Of a stretch of DNA of 64,000 nt, positions 57,918 to 64,000 are shown piece by piece. The notes under the pieces were generated by a model that worked only from the letters and a program-made list of their open reading frames with translations, was not told where the DNA came from and searched no databases. Numbering within the stretch: the stretch's first letter is position 1; the number at the start of each line of letters is the position of its first letter. Made by a program: the position numbers and the translations under genes. The DNA lies in assembly GCA_043228905.1 (NCBI GenBank), contig JBHGNT010000004.1:12648001-12712000 (forward strand). The letters are read 5' to 3'. The stretch comes from Azolla caroliniana. Lineage: Eukaryota > Plantae > Polypodiophyta.

Positions 57918-60900
57918 AACCCTAGATCTGTGCAGCCCATTAGTGGTTCCATTCCCTCTAAGCAAGTTAGTGATGTGTTCGTAGCCCAAGTAATAGTTAG
58001 TACTAAAAGTACCCCTCCAGTACATGTCCTAGCACTCCTAGATTCCGGAGCTAACTCTTGCTTTATGGATAAGAAATTTGCTCAAGCTCATAAGATATCC
58101 CTAAGAAAACTCCAGTGTCCAGCCTCAGTGGTAGTCATTGATGAACGTCCCATTGCTTTCGGAAATATCATAGAAGAGTCAGAGCCCATTAATATTGTCC
58201 TAGATAACTTAGCATGTGTAGTATCATTTAATATTATTAGTAACCCAGAACATCCAATTATTTTAGGATTACCGTGGTTCGAGTTACATAACCCTGACAT
58301 AGATTGGAGAGCAAGAGAAATCCAGTGTCGACAAACCCAAGGGTCAACTCAGAAGATGGCAACCATTTCGCTACGTCAGTTGCGTAAAGAAGGGCGCAAG
58401 GAGGAAATGTTCCTCTTTGCAATATCAGTAAACCCCTCCAGCACCACTAAAGAAGAATCCACCGTTCAACTTCCCGAGAAGTATCGTCATTACGCCGATG
58501 TGTTCGATAAAGTACTAGCCAACACACTTCCTCGGCCGCCATGGGGACCGATCTACAATTTGTCACCAACCGAGCTGGAAGTCCTTCGAGCCTATATAGA
58601 GGAGAATTTGGAAAATGGTTTCATACGGCATTCGAAATCTCCAACCGGCGCGCCCATTTTCTTCGTCAAGAAAAAGGATGGATCGCTTCGTCTCGTTGTA
58701 GATTACCATGGCTTGAATAAGGTTACAATCAGGAATAGGTATGCTTTTCCCCTTATCTCAAGTCTTTTAGAATGGATGAATGGTGCCAGGTTCTTCACGA
58801 AGATCGACTTACGGGGAGCAAATAACCTCGTACGGATCCGACCAGGAGACGAATGGAAGACTGCGTTTCGCACAAGATATGGGCACTTCGAGTATACGGT
58901 CATGCCGTTCGGCCTCACTAATGCGCCAACAGTCTTCCAGCACATGGCTAATGATATATTCCGAGATCTATTGGATGATTGTTGGATCATCTATTTGGAT
59001 GATCTACTGGTTTATTCAAAGACCCAAGAAGAACATGATTCTCATGTACTATTAGTACTAAAACGACTTCGAGAACATGGTCTGTATGCAAAGTTGGAAA
59101 AATGTAGTTTTGGGTGCAACCAAGTGGAATTTCTTGGCCATATCATTTCGTCAGAAGGCATCTCCATGGACCCAGCTAAGGTCAAAATGGTGGTAGAATG
59201 GCAGACTCCGCGTTTAGTGCGGGATGTGCAATGCTTCTTAGGCTTTGCCAATTTTTACCGGAAGTTCAGATAAGATTACTCAAAGATCGTTCTACCTCTC
59301 ACACAACTTACCAGGAAGGGACAACCCTTCATCTGGTCTGAAGAAATGGACATGGCTTTCGAGAGTTTTAAAAAAGCATTCACATCGGCTCCAATTCTAG
59401 CTCATGTCGATTCGGAAAAACCATTCATTATCGAAGCTGACACATCGGATTTTGCATTGGGGAGCATTCTGTCACAACAGGGGAATGATGAGAAGCTACA
59501 TCCTGTGGCTTTTCACTCACGCAAGTTTGACGCCGCCGAAATCAACTACGAAATTCATGATAAGGAGCTATTGGCAATAGTGGATTCTTTTATGCAATGG
59601 AGGCATTTTCTGGAGGGATCCTCTCATCCAGTCACCGTATTTAGTGACCACAAGAATCTTGCCTACTTTTAGGATGCTCGTGTGTTGAATCGACGTCAAG
59701 CTCGGTGGGCCCACTTCCTCACGCGTTTCGACTTCAAAATTACATATCGTCCGGGGAGGCACAAAGGGAAGGCAGATGCATTATCACGGCGTTCGTATCT
59801 AGCACCCCGTCTTGGCGAGCCAGCTTTGGATAACCAAAAACAAGTCATCTTGGGACCGGCACGATTACAAGCAACACAGATCTTTGACATGCCTATGGAT
59901 TCCCGCGTTATCGATACCATACGTGAAGACTTGAAGACAGATGTGTTCGCCCAAGCTATACGAGCACAAATTGATCCCTCTCGATCGTCGTGTTCATAGT
60001 CGCAACCACCAGGTACGGACTATCGGCAATTCAAATACCATGATGGATTACTCTTCTTTAAAGAAGTTTTGTATGTTCCTAATGGTTCTTGCCGCCTTCG
60101 AGTAGTACAAAACTGTTATGACACATATACAGCTGGGCATTTTGGTAGTACTAAAACATTACATTTATTACAATGAACATTCTGGTGGCCCTGTATGCGA
60201 CAATTTGTCGAGGATTTTGTTTGGACTTGTGATACATGCTGCAGAGCAAAAATGCCAAGGCATCATCCATATTGTTTATTAGAACCATTACCAATTCCAT
60301 TCAAGCCGTGGCAATCCATTGCTCTAGACTTCATCACAGATCTTCCAGTCTCTAAGGGGTTCAATGCGATTCTAACGGTGGTCGATCGATATACGAAGAT
60401 GGCTCATTTCTTGCCATGTACTAAGGAGATCTCCAGTGAAGACACTGCCGAAATTGTCATGCGTGAAGTATGTCGGCATCATGGACTTCCCGATAGTATC
60501 ATCAACGACCGTGGACCCCAGTTCGTATCAAAATTCTGGAAGCACCTTTTTAACATGCTCAAGGTCACTTGTAACCTCTCCTCCGGTTACCACCCACAAA
60601 CCGACGGCCAAGCTGAACGAACAAATCAAACGCTGGAGCAGTATCTGCGGTGCTTTCTCAGCTATCATCAAGATGACTGGGCAGATATTCTCCACTTGCC
60701 GAATTTGCCTATAACAACTCTATCCACGCATCCACTAAAGTTACGCCATTTTATGCTTATACGGTATGTCACCCCCGGTGGATTGTACTTGAAACCCCAG
60801 AGGTGTCCCCAAATCCGTGCGCGGAGGATCGTTTGGAGCAGTTACGCAAGATACAAGCGGATTTATCTACTCATCTCCAACGAACTCAACAAACACACAA

Positions 60901-61417
60901 GGTCTACGTGGATCGTCATCGACTTCCATCCAATTTTAATATTGGAGATCGGGTGTGGTTGCTATGACGACACATCAAGACTACTCGTCCATGTGAGAAG
61001 TTAGATTATCGGCGATTAGGTCTTTTCCCTATTATTGGACAGATTAATGATGTCGCTTTTCGTCTCGATCTACCTCCTCAACTTCGGATACATCCGGTGT
61101 TTCATAGTTCTCTCCTCGAACCCTACCACGAGAGCACCATCCTAGGACGTCTTATCCAACCTCCACCCCCGATCGAGCTTGAAGATGGGCCGGAGTACGA
61201 GGTTGCCGCCATCCTTGATTCCAAGATTGTTCGCAACAAGCTCTACTATCTAGTCGATTGGCTAGGCTATAGCCCCAACGAACGTACTTGGGAACCGATC
61301 GAGAATGTGACCAATGCTCGTGCTCTTCTTGAAGACTTCCATCGTCAATATCCCCACACAAACTAGGTCCTCAATCCAAGACGACTCGTGACACTCGTCG
61401 TTTTAAAGGGGGGATAG
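57873..61417 (+). pseudogene. pol: T3 pol: PR, RT, RH, IN, chromodomain
   Basis: LLDSGA, YLDDLL, YEIHDKELLAI, HPQTDGQAER, and a chromodomain at 61190-61340. Confidence 0.95.
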
Positions 61418-61713
61418 TGTCATGATATGGCAAGACTCGAACCCATGACCTTAGGTTATATGGGACGAGCTCTTGACCATTAGATTATCTATTGTAATTC
61501 ATAGGATATTATTTTCATTTACATTTTATTATAGGAAATTAGTGTATATTCCAGATTTTTCTGGAACATTCTAGAAGCTTCAGGATTACTCCTGAAAACA
61601 CTATAAAAGAGGGCACTAGGCATTATATTGAACCAAATTGGTTCAACACCAGTCTTAAGCCTTTTTAGCCACCATTGTATATTCTCTTCATATAATACAT
61701 ATCTTTCTTATCA

Positions 61714-61758
<45 letters not shown>

Positions 61759-62555
61759 ACGTCTCGCTCACTTCTTCCTTCTCTCGAAGAAGTTCCACAC
61801 CTCTCATAGTACTAATCCTTCGTTTAGTACTAATTCCTTCTCTGTCTCAGTACTGTTCCTGACAGTACACCTCTCATAGTACTAATCCTTCGTTTAGTAC
61901 TAATTCCTTCTCTGTCTCAGTACTATTCCTGACACCGCATATGTTGCAGATTTTCACCTACTCACCGCCGATATCCCTTGGGATGATCAAGCTTTGATGG
62001 AGCAATTCCGTTATGGTTTACACAACGACGTCAAGGATTTACTCTTGACCTTCCTCGAAGAGCCAAAGTCCTTAATAGAAGCAATCAGTCGCGCGGTGAG
62101 ATGTGACAACCGCCTCTTTGAGCGACGTTCGGAACGACAACAACAGATGCCGAGGGCAAGATCAGAGCCCACCTATGCCTCAGTGGTAGCAAGACCTTTT
62201 CCGAGGGAGTCATATAATGCGCCTCTAGCGAATACTCCGACTCCGATGGAGATTAACACTACACGTCGTCGAGGGCCATTATCTAAAGAAGAAAAGTAGC
62301 GACGCCATACAAATCGACTGTCTATATTGCGGTGGACAAGGACATATTGCAATAAATTGCCCCCATAGGCCAAGAAGACAGGTAAACCAAATAGTCGCTA
62401 GTTCTAATTGTACTAAACCCGAGCCTATTTCAGTAGGGATATCTGATAGTCCTAATAGTAATAATAGCCCAGATCTAGCGAACAAATTTGATGTCCTTAG
62501 TCAGTTAGAAGAAGAGTTAAACGACTAAGTCCAGCCAAAATAGGAGCCATTTGGT

Positions 62556-63683
62556 TGGACAGCCCTAGATCTGTGCAGCCCATTAGTGGTTCCATTTCCT
62601 CTAAGCAAGTTAGTGATGTGTTCGTAGCTCAAGTAATAGTTAGTACTAAAAGTACCCCTCCAGAACATGTCCTAGCACTCCTAGATTCCGGAGCTAACTC
62701 TTGATTTATGGGTAAGAAATTTGCTCAAGCTCATAAGATATCTCTAAGAAAACTCCAGTGTCCAGCTTCTGTAGTAGTCATTGATGGACGTCTCATTGCT
62801 TCCGGAAATATCATAGAAGAGTCAGAGCCCATTAATATTGTCCTAGATAACTTAGCAGGTGTAGTATCTGGAAAACCCTAGATCTGTGCAGCCCATTAGT
62901 GGTTCCATTTCCTCTAAGCAAGTTAGTGATGTGTTCGTAGCCCAAGTAATAGTTAGTACTAAAAGTACCCCTCCAGTACATGTCCTAGCACTCCTAGATT
63001 CCGGAGCTAACTCTTGATTTATGGATAAGAAATTTTCTCAAGCTCATAAGATATCTCTAAGAAAACTCTAGTGTCCAGCTTCTGTAGTAGTCATTGATGG
63101 ACGTCTCATTGCTTCCGGAAATATCATAGAAGAGTCAGAGCCCATTAATATTGTCCTACATAACTTAGCATGTGTAGTATCTGGACAACCCTAGATCTGT
63201 GCAGCCCATTAGTGGTTCCATTTCCTCTAAGCAAGTTAGTGATGTGTTCGTAGCCCAAGTAATAGTTAGTACTAAAAGTACCCCTCCAGAACATGTCCTA
63301 GCACTCCTAGATTCCGGAGCTAACTCTTGATTTATGGATAAGAAATTTTCTCAAGCTCATAAGATATCTCTAAGAAAACTCCAGTGTCCAGCTTCTGTAG
63401 TAGTCATTGATGGACGTCTCATTGCTTCCGGAAATATCATAGAAGAGTCAGAGCCCATTAATATTGTCCTAGATAACTTAGCATGTGTAGTATCTGGACA
63501 ACCCTAGATCTGTGCAGCCCATTAGTGGTTCCATTTCCTCTAAGCAAGTTAGTGATGTGTTCGTAGCCCAAGTAATAGTTAGTACTAAAAGTACCCCTCC
63601 AGAACATGTCCTAGCACTCCTAGATTCCGGAGCTAACTCTTGATTTATGGATAAGAAATTTGCTCAAGCTCATAAGATATCTC
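62556..63683 (+). repeat. 313-bp tandem array (about 3.6 copies) of the T2 protease segment
   Basis: Units start at 62556, 62869, 63182 and 63495; each carries the LLDSGANS-coding sequence. Confidence 0.93.
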
Positions 63684-64000
63684 CCGAGTTGGCTATTTAC
63701 ACGATTTCAGTTTCTCATCAACTCGGCTCCTGTTTTCCGACTCTTTGATTGTCGGCTTTCCGAACAGTCGGATCATCCTCCCACTAGAGGGATATATTCC
63801 CAACAAACTCCCCCTTCACTCCTGTGGGGGGGAAGTCTATTAGTCCTTTATTTTGTTGACAGACTTCGAGTGTGTCCATAGGTAGGTTCTTCGTCAGCAT
63901 GTTGGATCCATTGTTGTCGGTATGGATCTTCACAAGAGAAAACTCTCCATCTTCGACTCTCTCCCACAATCAGTGATACCTTCTCTGTATGTGCTTGGTC

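Larger units (their letters stand above)
56154..61934 (+). mobile_element. T3: full-length, decayed chromovirus nested in T2 gag, same orientation
   Basis: LTRs 56154-56659 and 61418-61934. TSD CCGCA at 56149-56153 and 61935-61939. PPT AAAGGGGGGATAG. Confidence 0.96.
55087..63683 (+). mobile_element. T2: 3'-truncated chromovirus of the T1 family, hosting T3
   Basis: LTR 55087-55518; self-priming PBS 55521-55532; gag at 55593-56153 and 61940-62528; protease region tandemly amplified. Confidence 0.92.
54851..64000 (-). mobile_element. Copia-D2 3' end; its LTR is split by T2/T3
   Basis: LTR pieces 54851-55086 and 63684-63805 are homologous to 34573-35110. PPT 63806-63820. RNase H 63840-64000 (KIHTDNNGSNMLTK). 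Confidence 0.85.

Overview
This window is entirely eukaryotic transposon sequence: a deeply nested retrotransposon cluster. The element types suggest a non-seed land plant (fern, lycophyte or bryophyte); that is inference. No host gene is recognisable. I resolved about 17 insertions by LTR, PBS, PPT and target-site-duplication (TSD) boundaries. (i) Ty1/copia elements of four families (A-D; Met-i PBS where present; 5-bp TSDs), all decayed, plus two solo LTRs. (ii) Three Tcn1/Tf1-like chromoviruses (T1-T3) with self-priming PBSs and a G_TTA_AAC plus hairpin -1 frameshift. (iii) A tRNA-Trp-primed non-chromovirus Gypsy lineage (Phygy/DUF4100-like; G1-G5 and a solo LTR) with CpG-containing, mostly 4-bp TSDs. 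It includes one intact, very young element at 35688-43594 with apparently identical LTRs. (iv) A partly inverted LINE remnant. The most unusual signal is that LTRs of both unrelated Gypsy lineages carry tRNA-like RNA polymerase III A-box/B-box cassettes at tRNA-gene spacing (43-44 nt). They are antisense in U3, and in two LTR types a second, sense copy lies downstream so the cassettes bracket the Pol II TATA box. The intact element also has an unexplained +1/-2 gag-PR/pol frame junction. All alignments were done by eye.
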